Both the position numbers and the translations under genes were made by a program. A stretch of 64,000 bases of DNA from positions 121-64,120 of the forward strand of contig JBBRSU010000001.1 in the NCBI GenBank assembly GCA_038245195.1, written 5' to 3'. The notes below the pieces were generated by a model that searched no databases, was not told the origin of the DNA, and saw only the letters and a program-made list of their open reading frames with translations. Below, piece after piece: positions 35,807 through 44,723 of this stretch (positions are counted from its first letter, which is position 1; each line of letters opens with the position of its first letter). Source of the DNA: Candidatus Saccharimonadales bacterium. GTDB lineage: Bacteria; Patescibacteriota; Saccharimonadia; Saccharimonadales; UBA10212.

Positions 35807-38404
35807 TGCTTGGCTGAATGATTCTAGCTCAGTTTCTAAAGCAGAAAGCAGGGCTTTTTCACTATCCAAACTAGCCTTTGTATCGTTAATTAACTCCTTA
35901 GGAGCTTTTAGGATATAGTTTTTATTAGATAGTCTTGCCTCTAGATTTTTTATGACCGATTGGTGCTGTAGTTTTTGTTGTTTGAGCTTATCTGAGTAGC
36001 TTTTGGCGGTTTTTTTATCAACATTCAGCCAAGCATCGGCCTTCACACCAACCAGCTTCAAACCGCCGGCTTTAGCTTCAGTCATTTCGGACACTCCACC
36101 AAGCCGGGCTAGTCTTTCGATTAAAGCCGCATTCTCATCAACCAATGCTGATTTTTCATAATACAACTTCGGTTTCTGAGCTCCGGTGGCTGCAATTAAA
36201 TGCCGAGCTTGGCTAATTATTTCTTTGATAGCTTCAAATTTGCCAGCTTCGGCTATATTAACCGTAGTTGGCTTGGGCAGTGGCCGAGCCGCCAGCAATT
36301 CTTGGTGTTCAGTTTCCTGCCATATAGCTTCGGTGATAAACGGTGCCAGCGGATGCAATAAAACCAAAGTCGATTCCAAGACCTGGTTCAAAACTCCAGA
36401 ATTAGGCTCGACTTTGCTAGCTTCGATATACCAATCGGCCAGCTCATCCCACACGAAATGATATAGACTTTGGTAGGCTTCACTAAATCTAAATTTAGTT
36501 AAATCCTTATCAACCGCCACTGTTAAAATACTTAACTTGTCAAGTATCCAGTGGTCGGCCGAGCTTCTCGGTTCAACTATTTTACTATCGCCGCCCACGC
36601 TTTCAATGTAGCGGGCAACGTTCCATAGCTTGTTGCAAAAGTTACGGTTATCTGCAATTTTAGACCGTCCCAATCGCTGGTCTTGGCCGGCATTTACACC
36701 CGAAACCAAGGCCAACCGCAACGCGTCAGTGCCAAATTCTGGAATGACCTCCATTGGGTCGATGATACTATCTGGGTCACTCTTGCTCATTTTGCGGCCG
36801 TCCTCAGCCCGCACTAACCCATGTAGATAAACCTGCTTAAATGGCACCTGCCCTATGGTGTATGTCGTCGATAGAATCATCCTGGCCACCCAGAAAAATA
36901 AAATGTCCCAACCAGTTTCCATAACGGTAGTGGGATGATAAGCCCCAAAATCAGGGCTACGAGCCAAAAGCTCTTCCAGACTCAAGCTAAAATCGTCGGC
37001 TAGCTCGGGGTTAATTAGCGTACTCCAGGTCCACAACGAGCTACTAAACCATGTATCCAGCGTATCGGGGTCTTGGGCCCAGCCCTGCCCTTCTGGTGCC
37101 CGCAAGCCAGCATAGACTTCATCGCCTTTGTACCAAACCGGTATCTGGTGGCCCCACCAAATCTGCCGGCTAATGCACCAATCACGCAAGTTATCTATCC
37201 AGTGGTAATAAATTTTATCGAACCGTTTAGGCGTTAGCTTGACATCGCCGTCTTCTATAACCGCCCGCATAACCTCTTTCAGTGGACGTAGTTGGCCTTT
37301 CCACTCCACCACCGGTCGGTTCACATCAATAAACCACTGCAATTTGATTTGAGGCTCAATTAAGCCCTTACCACGCTCATTGATGGCTAGGTTATGCTGA
37401 TAGTTCTTATCTTCCTTAACCAATAGCCTTTTGGCTTTGAGTTTTTCGACAATCTTTGGTCTGGCCTCCACAATCCCCTGCCCTGCAAACTCGTCGGCTA
37501 TCGGCAGTAGTTTACCGTCAAAACCGATAATTTGAGTTTTCTCTAGGCCGTGGCGTTCGGCAATCTCAAAATCGGTATGGTCGTGCCACGGGGTAATGGT
37601 CATCACCCCCGTTCCAAACTTTGGATCAACTGCTTGATCTTTAATAACCGTGGCTGTAACCGGCCCATTTATCCACTCAGCCACAAAGCTGTCGCCGTGT
37701 TTGTACTGTTTATACCGCTCGTCATCGGGGTGCATAACCACGTATTTATCACCAAACTTAGTCTCTGGACGGGCGGTCCCAATCTGAAATGGGCCATATT
37801 GCAAAGTATAGAAAGTCCCCTGCTCTTCCTTATGAACTACCTCATCATCCGACACTGTAGTTTCCAGGTTTGGATCCCAGTTTATAATTCTATGACCCCT
37901 GTAAATCAGCCCGTTGTTATACATTTTTACAAATACTTCGTTGACCGTTCGATTAAGCATCGGGTCTAGGGTGTAACGAGCTCGGCTCCAATCGACGCTG
38001 GCGCCCATTGCTCGAATTTGGAAATTTATGGTGTTGCGGCTAGCATCGACAAATTCTTTAACCGTGCTCACAAAGACTTCCCTACCCACCTGGTGTTTAT
38101 CGGTTCCTTGTTCTGCCAGTCGTTTTTCAATAATGGCATTGGTAGCCAGCGCGGCGTGATCGGTGCCCGGCAGCCACAGCACATCTTTCCCTTGTTGGCG
38201 GGCATGACGAGCCATAATATCTTGGAGAGTTAAGAATACAGCATGGCCAACATGGAGGGTGCCGGTTTCGTTGGGTGGCGGCATGGCTATCGAAAAATGT
38301 GGTTTGTTACTCCTTGGGTTAGCCACAAATAGCCGACTTTTGTCCCATATATCATAGATGTCGGCTTCGTATTTTCCGGGTTCGTAAGTCTTTGGCAGTC
38401 CCAT
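35795..38404 (-). CDS. valS: Valyl-tRNA synthetase
   Basis: 869 aa with HIGH-type motif LHVGH, KMSKS, and a C-terminal coiled coil. Confidence 0.97.
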   Translation of the reverse strand: MGLPKTYEPGKYEADIYDIWDKSRLFVANPRSNKPHFSIAMPPPNETGTLHVGHAVFLTLQDIMARHARQQGKDVLWLPGTDHAALATNAIIEKRLAEQGTDKHQVGREVFVSTVKEFVDASRNTINFQIRAMGASVDWSRARYTLDPMLNRTVNEVFVKMYNNGLIYRGHRIINWDPNLETTVSDDEVVHKEEQGTFYTLQYGPFQIGTARPETKFGDKYVVMHPDDERYKQYKHGDSFVAEWINGPVTATVIKDQAVDPKFGTGVMTITPWHDHTDFEIAERHGLEKTQIIGFDGKLLPIADEFAGQGIVEARPKIVEKLKAKRLLVKEDKNYQHNLAINERGKGLIEPQIKLQWFIDVNRPVVEWKGQLRPLKEVMRAVIEDGDVKLTPKRFDKIYYHWIDNLRDWCISRQIWWGHQIPVWYKGDEVYAGLRAPEGQGWAQDPDTLDTWFSSSLWTWSTLINPELADDFSLSLEELLARSPDFGAYHPTTVMETGWDILFFWVARMILSTTYTIGQVPFKQVYLHGLVRAEDGRKMSKSDPDSIIDPMEVIPEFGTDALRLALVSGVNAGQDQRLGRSKIADNRNFCNKLWNVARYIESVGGDSKIVEPRSSADHWILDKLSILTVAVDKDLTKFRFSEAYQSLYHFVWDELADWYIEASKVEPNSGVLNQVLESTLVLLHPLAPFITEAIWQETEHQELLAARPLPKPTTVNIAEAGKFEAIKEIISQARHLIAATGAQKPKLYYEKSALVDENAALIERLARLGGVSEMTEAKAGGLKLVGVKADAWLNVDKKTAKSYSDKLKQQKLQHQSVIKNLEARLSNKNYILKAPKELINDTKASLDSEKALLSALETELESFSQALKS
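36527..36548 (-). repeat. Copy E of the conserved near-palindrome, inside valS in the sense orientation
   Basis: Minus strand reads gATACTTGACaaGTTAAGTATT, encoding I-L-D-K-L-S-I. Confidence 0.6.
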
Positions 38405-38415
38405 AATCAGTCTTT

Positions 38416-38424
38416 AGTATATCA
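38416..38424 (-). promoter_or_regulatory. Extended -10 (TGaTATACT) 11 nt upstream of the valS ATG
   Basis: Minus strand reads gcTGATATACTaaagactgattATG. Confidence 0.45.
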
Positions 38425-38659
38425 GCGATGCCACAGAGGTAATAAATGGCCAGCAGAATCTGGGTACCCCGTCTTTTTTTAACAACGGCCGAAACTGCCG
38501 AAAGGTGTTTCACATGAAATCAGGCATTACCCATCAAGACCTCTCATGACAACGGTTGCATAAAAAGCCTGATAAATAACGCCTGATTGGTTGAGTTCGC
38601 ACCTGTTTGTTTTCAAATTTAGCATAACAAGTAAGCCTAGGGCAGGCAATAGCCAGCTT

Positions 38660-39715
38660 TTAGAGGTTGGGGATAACTTCTAATTTATGGGGGTCAGCGT
38701 AGACTTTGGGCTGGTAATAAGCGGCCGCTGCAATCATGGCGGCATTGTCGGTACAGAGTTTAATGTCTGGGCAGAGCAGGGGAGTGTTTAGTCGAATCTT
38801 AAGTTCTTGCCGAAGAGCCGTATTGGCGGCCACACCGCCCGCCAACAACACTACTTTAGGGGTAAATTCGGCTTCGGCTTTAGCAACCGTGCTACACAAA
38901 GTTATAACGGCAGTATGCTGGAAACTTGCCGCCAAGTTTGCCTTCTGAGTATCCGTTAATAGCTCGCTAAGTTCGAACGAAGGCAGGGTATAATCTCTGC
39001 CGGCCATTTCTTGACCGGCTCGTAAAACGGCAGTCTTTAAACCCGAGAAACTGAAGTCATAGGGATTTTCAAGTTTAGCAATCGGCAATTTAACCGAGTT
39101 CGGGTCACCGGTTTTAGCTATCTTATCCAGCGATGGGCCACCGGGGTAGGGGAGTCCTAAGATTTTAGCTACTTTGTCGTAAGCTTCGCCCACCGCATCA
39201 TCTCTGGTCTGGCCCAGAATGTTGTAATTTTTATGACTATTATATAGCATTAGTTGGGTATGGCCACCAGAGACAATTAAGGTTAGGAAAGGGAACTCAA
39301 TTTTAGTACTTGCTAGTTGGTAGGTGGTGGATAATTCGGGAGTAGTTTCGGTTATAAAATTGGCATAGCTGTGGGCCAGCACATGATTTATAGGGATGAG
39401 TGGCTTATTTTTAGCTATAGCTAAGCTTCTAGCGGTCATCATCCCAACCAACAAACTGCCAATAAGCCCCGGTCCTTGGGTAACAGCAATCGCAGCAATC
39501 GCATCCCAACTACACTTAGCCTCTGATACAGCTTGTTCGATAACTGGAATTATCACCTCAATATGACTCCGAGCCGCAATTTCCGGTACCACCCCACCGT
39601 AGGCCGTGTGTAAATCAACACTACTAGCTACCACATTGCTGAGCATCTTTTTTCCATCTTCAATAACCGCCGCTGCGGTTTCATCACAAGAAGTCTCGAT
39701 TCCCAGAATTTTCAT
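38660..39715 (-). CDS. tsaD: tRNA N6-adenosine threonylcarbamoyltransferase
   Basis: MKILGIETSCDETAAAVIEDGKK..., a canonical TsaD/Kae1 N-terminus. Start trimmed from 39937 to ATG 39715. Confidence 0.92.
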   Translation of the reverse strand: MKILGIETSCDETAAAVIEDGKKMLSNVVASSVDLHTAYGGVVPEIAARSHIEVIIPVIEQAVSEAKCSWDAIAAIAVTQGPGLIGSLLVGMMTARSLAIAKNKPLIPINHVLAHSYANFITETTPELSTTYQLASTKIEFPFLTLIVSGGHTQLMLYNSHKNYNILGQTRDDAVGEAYDKVAKILGLPYPGGPSLDKIAKTGDPNSVKLPIAKLENPYDFSFSGLKTAVLRAGQEMAGRDYTLPSFELSELLTDTQKANLAASFQHTAVITLCSTVAKAEAEFTPKVVLLAGGVAANTALRQELKIRLNTPLLCPDIKLCTDNAAMIAAAAYYQPKVYADPHKLEVIPNL

Positions 39716-39724
39716 CTGTTGTAC

Positions 39725-39732
39725 AGTATACT
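39725..39732. promoter_or_regulatory. Palindromic AGTATACT giving overlapping TATACT -10 boxes for divergent tsaD and murE
   Basis: The whole tsaD-murE intergenic region is 25 nt (ctgttgtacAGTATACTcaaaagtg). TATACT lies 8 nt from the murE ATG and 9 nt from the tsaD ATG. Confidence 0.5.
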
Positions 39733-39740
39733 CAAAAGTG

Positions 39741-41027
39741 ATGAATGCCAGGAAAATTGTTAAAAAACTAATTCCACGCAGTCTTTTTGCAAAGATAGAA
39801 CCACTCGGACATTTGGCCGAGGCAGTGATTTTTAACCTGTTATACGGCTTTCCGGCCCGTGGCTTTAAGGTTATCGGCATCACTGGTACTAACGGCAAAA
39901 CCACTACGGCGTTTTTAGTGCATCGGATGCTACACACGGCTGGCTACAAGGTTGGCCTAATGACCACCGTTGCCTATGGGGCCGGTGATAATATCAAACC
40001 TCAGGTCTACCATATGACTAATGTGCCGGTGCCAGTGATGATGAAACGTCTTAAGTATCTTAAATCTCAGGGGGTTGAGTGGCTAGTTATGGAATCTACT
40101 AGTATGGCTCTGGCCCAAAACCGGGTGTGGGGCGTGCCATTTCAGCTGGCGGTTATGACTAATATTAGCCAAGACCATCTGGACTATCACAAAACCATGG
40201 CCAACTATATTAAGGCTAAGCTTAAGCTGTTCCGCTTAACAAATAACAACAAAAAGGGCCTGCAAACAGGGGTAATTAACGCCGACGATGCCACCGCTGG
40301 GCAGTTTAGCTCGGCCATTTTGCATTCTAAGACTTATGGGATAAATAGTGGAGACTTGCGAGCCAAAGACATTAAATTATCGGCCTTGGGTGTGAGCTAC
40401 ACGGCCAAATCAACGAGCACAGAATATAAAATATCCAGCCATTTACCAGGCCAGTTTAACATCTATAACAGCTTGGCGGCGGTGAGTGTTGGCGAAGTGT
40501 TGGGGCTAAGCAAAGACCAAATCCAGCAGGGAATTGCCGCACTTGGGGGAGTGCCAGGCCGAATGACGGCCATAGACGCCGGACAAAGCTTTAGTGTAAT
40601 TGTAGACTTCGCACACTCGCCAGATGCCCTACAAAACGTTCTAACAGCTTGCAGGGGGCTCACAAAGGGCAAGGTAATACTAGTGTTTGGGGCTACAGGC
40701 GACCGCGATAAGTCTAAACGGCCGATTATGGGTGAAGTAGCGGTTAAACAAGCCGATTTAATTTATTTAACGGATGATGAAACCTACACCGAAAACCCAC
40801 AAGCAATCATCGAAGAAGTTTATAAGGGTATCGAAACCGCTGGTGGCCAAGCCAAAACCACCATAATTGGTGACCGACTTAAAGCTATCAAAGCCGCTTT
40901 TGCAACCGCTAAAGCCGGCGACACGGTGTTATTAACTGGTATCGGTCACGAAACTACCCGCAATATGGGCGGTAAAGAAGAACCTTGGAACGAAATCGAA
41001 CTAGCCCAAAAACTCCTTAAGAAATAG
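39741..41027 (+). CDS. murE: UDP-N-acetylmuramoyl-tripeptide synthetase (Mur ligase, MurE-like)
   Basis: GITGTNGKTTT P-loop. Mur ligase middle and C-terminal domains (GATGDRDKSKRP). Start trimmed from 39606 to ATG 39741. Confidence 0.85.
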   Translation: MNARKIVKKLIPRSLFAKIEPLGHLAEAVIFNLLYGFPARGFKVIGITGTNGKTTTAFLVHRMLHTAGYKVGLMTTVAYGAGDNIKPQVYHMTNVPVPVMMKRLKYLKSQGVEWLVMESTSMALAQNRVWGVPFQLAVMTNISQDHLDYHKTMANYIKAKLKLFRLTNNNKKGLQTGVINADDATAGQFSSAILHSKTYGINSGDLRAKDIKLSALGVSYTAKSTSTEYKISSHLPGQFNIYNSLAAVSVGEVLGLSKDQIQQGIAALGGVPGRMTAIDAGQSFSVIVDFAHSPDALQNVLTACRGLTKGKVILVFGATGDRDKSKRPIMGEVAVKQADLIYLTDDETYTENPQAIIEEVYKGIETAGGQAKTTIIGDRLKAIKAAFATAKAGDTVLLTGIGHETTRNMGGKEEPWNEIELAQKLLKK

Positions 41028-41090
41028 AACGGCCGTGCACCCGGGAGAGGGCAGCACGGCTAAGATAGTTCAGAACCAGTATGAGTCTTT

Positions 41091-41125
41091 GCGGGGAGGC
41101 CTGGATTAGGCCCTGGCCTCCCCGC
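41091..41125. terminator. GC-rich perfect hairpin at the left edge of islet B (bidirectional terminator candidate)
   Basis: GCGGGGAGGCC-13 nt-GGCCTCCCCGC. A second hairpin GCCGTGC...GCACGGC lies just after the murE stop. Confidence 0.6.
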
Positions 41126-41130
41126 TCGAT

Positions 41131-41562
41131 TCAGGCGAACCGTTGTTTCCGTTGGCAGTACCGACGACCCTTGTAACGCTCCTTTCGACGCTGAACTTTC
41201 AGCGTCTGGTTACGCTCAAGGCGCAGGGCCTTCTCGGCACGTTTGACAGTTCGAGGCACAAGGCTCTCGAGAAACCATGTCTTGGCCTTTCGCACGAGTG
41301 CGAGAGCTTGCGTGGGTAGTACGCCGATGAAGACAATCTTGGCAAAGGCTTGTTGGCGTTGCTTGAGCTTGTGTGGTACATGCTCACTCACCTCCACCAG
41401 TTGCTTGTTGGGCAGTCGGCTCGACATGTAGTCGCAGAGCTCCTGCCGGAGTTCCCTGGGGAAATCCAAACGGGGATTCTCGGCAAGATACACCGTGGTC
41501 GTAGTGCCGTTGGTTGGTCCCAGACGCTCAAGTACAGCGTGTGGCGACGATACGGTTCGCAC
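41131..41562 (-). CDS. Hypothetical basic protein in GC-rich islet B
   Basis: At 143 aa this is the longest ORF in the region, with a very Arg/Lys-rich C-terminus. No family recognised. Several alternative-frame ORFs exist, so the frame call is weak. Confidence 0.4.
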   Translation of the reverse strand: MRTVSSPHAVLERLGPTNGTTTTVYLAENPRLDFPRELRQELCDYMSSRLPNKQLVEVSEHVPHKLKQRQQAFAKIVFIGVLPTQALALVRKAKTWFLESLVPRTVKRAEKALRLERNQTLKVQRRKERYKGRRYCQRKQRFA

Positions 41563-41771
41563 ATGTCCTCCTGGGGTAGACAGCGATCTGAACTAGTCGG
41601 AGTATAGCGTTATGAGTTTATATTGGTCAATATTTTATTGCTTTTGCAAGCATAAGCTTGACAAGTGAAAGAATAGTGGTAATATTGTTTCATTCGATTA
41701 GGTCCTCCGAAAAGGGCTTGCAAGTAGCACATATCCGTTCTCTCCCCAGACTCGAGAAAGGAATCATAGGC

Positions 41772-42107
41772 ATGTGTGTCGATCAGGAACTGAGCGAACG
41801 CCACGAGCGCCGCCTACAGCAGAAGAACCGGTCACGCACCTCCAGAACGATAAATCGAATGAAGGTAGCCGTGCGTCACAAGCGCGGGCACATCAGCGTC
41901 CCTCTGGTCCTGGCGGCCATCGACGAGGACGTCATCGACGCTCTCGGCCCTGTCAAGATCCTGGGCAATCGTCTGCCGCAAGTGGTTGAGCCCGTGCCGT
42001 CCCTCGAGGAGGCGCGGGCACCCATCTATCACAGGCGTCACGAGGACGAACAAGTACGCATGCGATGGCTCGCAGAGAATCCCTTCCCGGGTCTTTCCGC
42101 CGCCTAA
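41772..42107 (+). CDS. Hypothetical protein in GC-rich islet B, divergent from 41131-41562
   Basis: ATG 41772 is preceded by gaaaggaa and by TTGACA-N16/17-TAATAT at 41658-41686. 111 aa with a basic N-terminus. No family recognised. Confidence 0.4.
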   Translation: MCVDQELSERHERRLQQKNRSRTSRTINRMKVAVRHKRGHISVPLVLAAIDEDVIDALGPVKILGNRLPQVVEPVPSLEEARAPIYHRRHEDEQVRMRWLAENPFPGLSAA

Positions 42108-42143
42108 CAAGCATCTCCACATGGATCTAATCGAATGAATCAA

Positions 42144-42178
42144 GATGGGCGGAAGGCCTAAAAAACCTTCCGCCCATC
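42144..42178. terminator. GC-rich perfect hairpin at the right edge of islet B
   Basis: GATGGGCGGAAGG-cctaaaaaa-CCTTCCGCCCATC, lying between convergent 41772-42107 and the GIY-YIG gene. Confidence 0.65.
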
Positions 42179-42203
42179 ACTCGCACACCGCCGATAGGCG
42201 GTT

Positions 42204-42470
42204 TTATTTTATGCTTGACCCTGTGGAATCAGATTTGAGTCGTTTCTTTAAATACATATGCCCATAAAAGGTTTTTAGATATTTTTCACGTTTCATGGCA
42301 TCGGTCTGTGAACGACAGGCCTCGAAATAAATTAGTTCAAACGGACGACGATATGAGGTTGAATGGACTTCACCGTTTTGATGTTGCTCAAATCTGGCTT
42401 CAAGATTGTGGGTATAACCAGTATAGTGCTTACCGTCTTTTAAGCTTCTTAGGACGTACGTATAGTACAT
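42204..42470 (-). CDS. GIY-YIG (URI) domain nuclease-family protein
   Basis: MYYTYVLRSLKDGKHYTGYTHNLEARFEQHQNG...KREKYLK. Start trimmed to ATG 42470. Confidence 0.8.
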   Translation of the reverse strand: MYYTYVLRSLKDGKHYTGYTHNLEARFEQHQNGEVHSTSYRRPFELIYFEACRSQTDAMKREKYLKTFYGHMYLKKRLKSDSTGSSIK

Positions 42471-42506
42471 TAAGGTACATAATACACCTTGAAGCATTCC
42501 ACAGGG

Positions 42507-42536
42507 TTGACACTGTATTTGGCACTCGGGTATTAT
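42507..42536 (+). promoter_or_regulatory. groESL promoter (TTGACA, 18 nt spacer, TATTAT)
   Basis: TTGACA at 42507-42512 and TATTAT at 42531-42536, overlapping the CIRCE element. Confidence 0.65.
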
Positions 42537-42545
42537 GAGTGCTAG
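42519..42545 (+). promoter_or_regulatory. CIRCE operator (HrcA binding site)
   Basis: TTGGCACTC-N9-GAGTGCTAG compared with the consensus TTAGCACTC-N9-GAGTGCTAA. Lies 52 nt upstream of groES. Confidence 0.8.
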
Positions 42546-42596
42546 CGTCCGCTGGTTGAGCGGAGATTTTCTAGGAAATAACTAAGGAGGAATTAT

Positions 42597-42860
42597 ATGG
42601 CTGGATTAAATCCATTGGCCGACTGGGTGGTCGCCGAGCAAGAAGAGGCTGTTACTAAAACAGCTAGTGGTTTGTACTTGCCTGACAAAGCCACCGAGAA
42701 ACCTAAGATTGCCAAGGTTTCAAAAGTTGGTAAAAATGTTAAGGAAATCAAAGTTGGGGATAGGATAGTTTATAAATCTTATAGTACTACCGAAGTTAAA
42801 GTGAATAATAAAGAGTATATCCTGGTCAAAGAAGAGGATATCCTAGCGACCGTTAAATAG
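42597..42860 (+). CDS. groES: Co-chaperonin GroES
   Basis: 87 aa with an AAGGAGG SD. ...LYLPDKATEKPKIAKV...GDRIVYKSY... Confidence 0.95.
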   Translation: MAGLNPLADWVVAEQEEAVTKTASGLYLPDKATEKPKIAKVSKVGKNVKEIKVGDRIVYKSYSTTEVKVNNKEYILVKEEDILATVK

Positions 42861-42870
42861 GAGGATTTAG

Positions 42871-44514
42871 ATGGCTAAAAAAGTATTTTACGATGACGAT
42901 GCCCGCCGGCGTGTGTTGGGCGGAGCCCAAATTTTATATGATGCCGTAAAGACCACTATGGGTCCCAAAGGCCGCAATGTGATAATTAGTAAAAGCTACG
43001 GCAACCCAACTGTTACCCATGACGGCGTAACCGTGGCTAAAGGTGTGGAAATCGACGATGTCGATGATGAAACCCTAGGCTACAAAGTCGGGGCTGAGCT
43101 TATCAAACAAGCCGCCAGCAAGATGAATGATGTGGCTGGTGACGGCACCACTACAGTTACTGTTTTGACTTATCACATCCTGAGTGAGGCCAATAAATTG
43201 ATTGCTGCCGGGCACAACCCCATGCAACTTCGCAAAGGCTTAGAAAAAGCTGCCGCCGATGTTATCAAACAAATTGGTGCTCAAAGTGAAAATATTGCCG
43301 GTAAGAAAAACCGAGTGGCCGAAGTCGCTACCATTTCAGCTGGCGATGAACAAATTGGTGCCCTAATTGCTGATGTTATGGAAAAGGTCGGCAAGGACGG
43401 CGTAGTTACCGTGGAAGAAGGCCAGGGCCTGACTATGGAGAGTGAAGTAGTTGAAGGTTTCACCATGGACCGCGGTTACGTTAGCCCCTACATGGTAACT
43501 GATACGGCCCGTATGGAAGCGGTTTACGACAAGCCCGCCATTTTAGTTACCGATCAGAAAATTAGCTCGATTCAAGAATTCCTGCCAATGCTGGAAAAAC
43601 TGGCCCAAAGTGGCAAGAAAGATTTAGTATTGATAGCCGAAGATGTTGAAGGCGAAGCCTTAGGTACTTTAATTCTAAACCGCCTAAAAGGCGTGTTTAA
43701 CACCGTAGCTGTTAAAGCTCCGGCCTTCGGCGACCGCCGAAAAGAAATCCTGGAAGATATCGCCATCTTAACCGGTGGTGAAGTAATATGCGAAGATACT
43801 GGCACGACCTTTGAAAATGCCGAATTGTCGGTAGTCGGTACGGCCCGGAAAGTTATCGTTAATAAAGACGAAACTACTTTAATCGAGGGTTCTGGAACAG
43901 CTGCTGCCATCAAGGCCCGGATTGACCAAATCAATCGCCAAATCGAGGCCGCTACCAGCGAGTATGACAAAGAAAACCTAGAAAAGCGCCGTGCTGCCTT
44001 ATCGGGCAAAGTCGCTGTCATTAAAGTTGGCGGTGCCACCGAAACTGAGATTGAAGAAAAGAAATTCCGAGTTGATGATGCAGTCAATGCCGTAAAGGCC
44101 GCTTTAGAAGAGGGAATTGTCCCAGGTGGCGGTGTAACTTTGGTAAATATTGCCCAAGTTATCAAGGCTGAGGGTGCTGATTCTGAAACTGCTGGGGCTG
44201 GACTTCTAAAAAACGCCCTGGACCAACCTTTCCGAATCCTACTTACCAATTCCGGGCTCAACCCCGATGAGTGGTTGCCACAAGTCAAAAAAGGCAAGAG
44301 CGGTATGGGCGTGGACGTTAATAGCCCAACCAAACTAGCCGACTTAAAGGCCGCCGGTATTGTTGACCCCACTCGGGTCACCAAAGAAGCGGTTCAAAAT
44401 GCCGCTAGTATTGCCGGCACAGCCATGACTATGGGTGCACTCGTAGTTGAAGTCCCCGAGAAAAACCCACCTGCTATGCCTGACATGGGCGGCGGTATGG
44501 GCGGAATGATGTAA
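42871..44514 (+). CDS. groEL: Chaperonin GroEL
   Basis: 547 aa. AKKVFYDDDARRRVLGGAQ..., GDGTTT, and a C-terminal GGMGGMM tail. Confidence 0.98.
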   Translation: MAKKVFYDDDARRRVLGGAQILYDAVKTTMGPKGRNVIISKSYGNPTVTHDGVTVAKGVEIDDVDDETLGYKVGAELIKQAASKMNDVAGDGTTTVTVLTYHILSEANKLIAAGHNPMQLRKGLEKAAADVIKQIGAQSENIAGKKNRVAEVATISAGDEQIGALIADVMEKVGKDGVVTVEEGQGLTMESEVVEGFTMDRGYVSPYMVTDTARMEAVYDKPAILVTDQKISSIQEFLPMLEKLAQSGKKDLVLIAEDVEGEALGTLILNRLKGVFNTVAVKAPAFGDRRKEILEDIAILTGGEVICEDTGTTFENAELSVVGTARKVIVNKDETTLIEGSGTAAAIKARIDQINRQIEAATSEYDKENLEKRRAALSGKVAVIKVGGATETEIEEKKFRVDDAVNAVKAALEEGIVPGGGVTLVNIAQVIKAEGADSETAGAGLLKNALDQPFRILLTNSGLNPDEWLPQVKKGKSGMGVDVNSPTKLADLKAAGIVDPTRVTKEAVQNAASIAGTAMTMGALVVEVPEKNPPAMPDMGGGMGGMM

Positions 44515-44632
44515 AACCATTCGACACCCTTCGGGGTTTCTTATCTTGCCGAAAAAACGGAATACATTCTCTCGGGCTATCTTTCCGAAACATTGAAGTA
44601 CTCGAGTAGTAATGATAGGTGTTGTATGCTAG

Positions 44633-44664
44633 AAAATCCCGCTATCATAAGCGGGATTTTTGTT
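44633..44664 (+). terminator. Rho-independent terminator downstream of groEL
   Basis: AAAATCCCGCT-atcata-AGCGGGATTTT followed by TGTT. Confidence 0.7.
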
Positions 44665-44723
44665 ATACCTTTTAGCCGGTCAGTAAAATATATGATATAA
44701 TTAACGGATACAAAGGGGAGACA

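Noticed and set aside
38660-41027. Track ORFs 38660-39937 and 39606-41027 overlap by 330 nt as divergent genes
   Set aside because: Both N-terminal extensions are non-homologous. The conserved TsaD and MurE N-termini begin at ATG 39715 and ATG 39741, so the ORFs were trimmed. The same logic was applied to atpA, atpG, pilA, the minor pilins, mscL, the GIY-YIG gene, the FMN reductase gene and the YjbR-like gene.
43572-44384. 270-aa ORF antisense to groEL
   Set aside because: It lies entirely inside the strongly supported groEL CDS on the opposite strand. It has a low-complexity Ser/Pro/Ala composition typical of antisense translation and no start signals.
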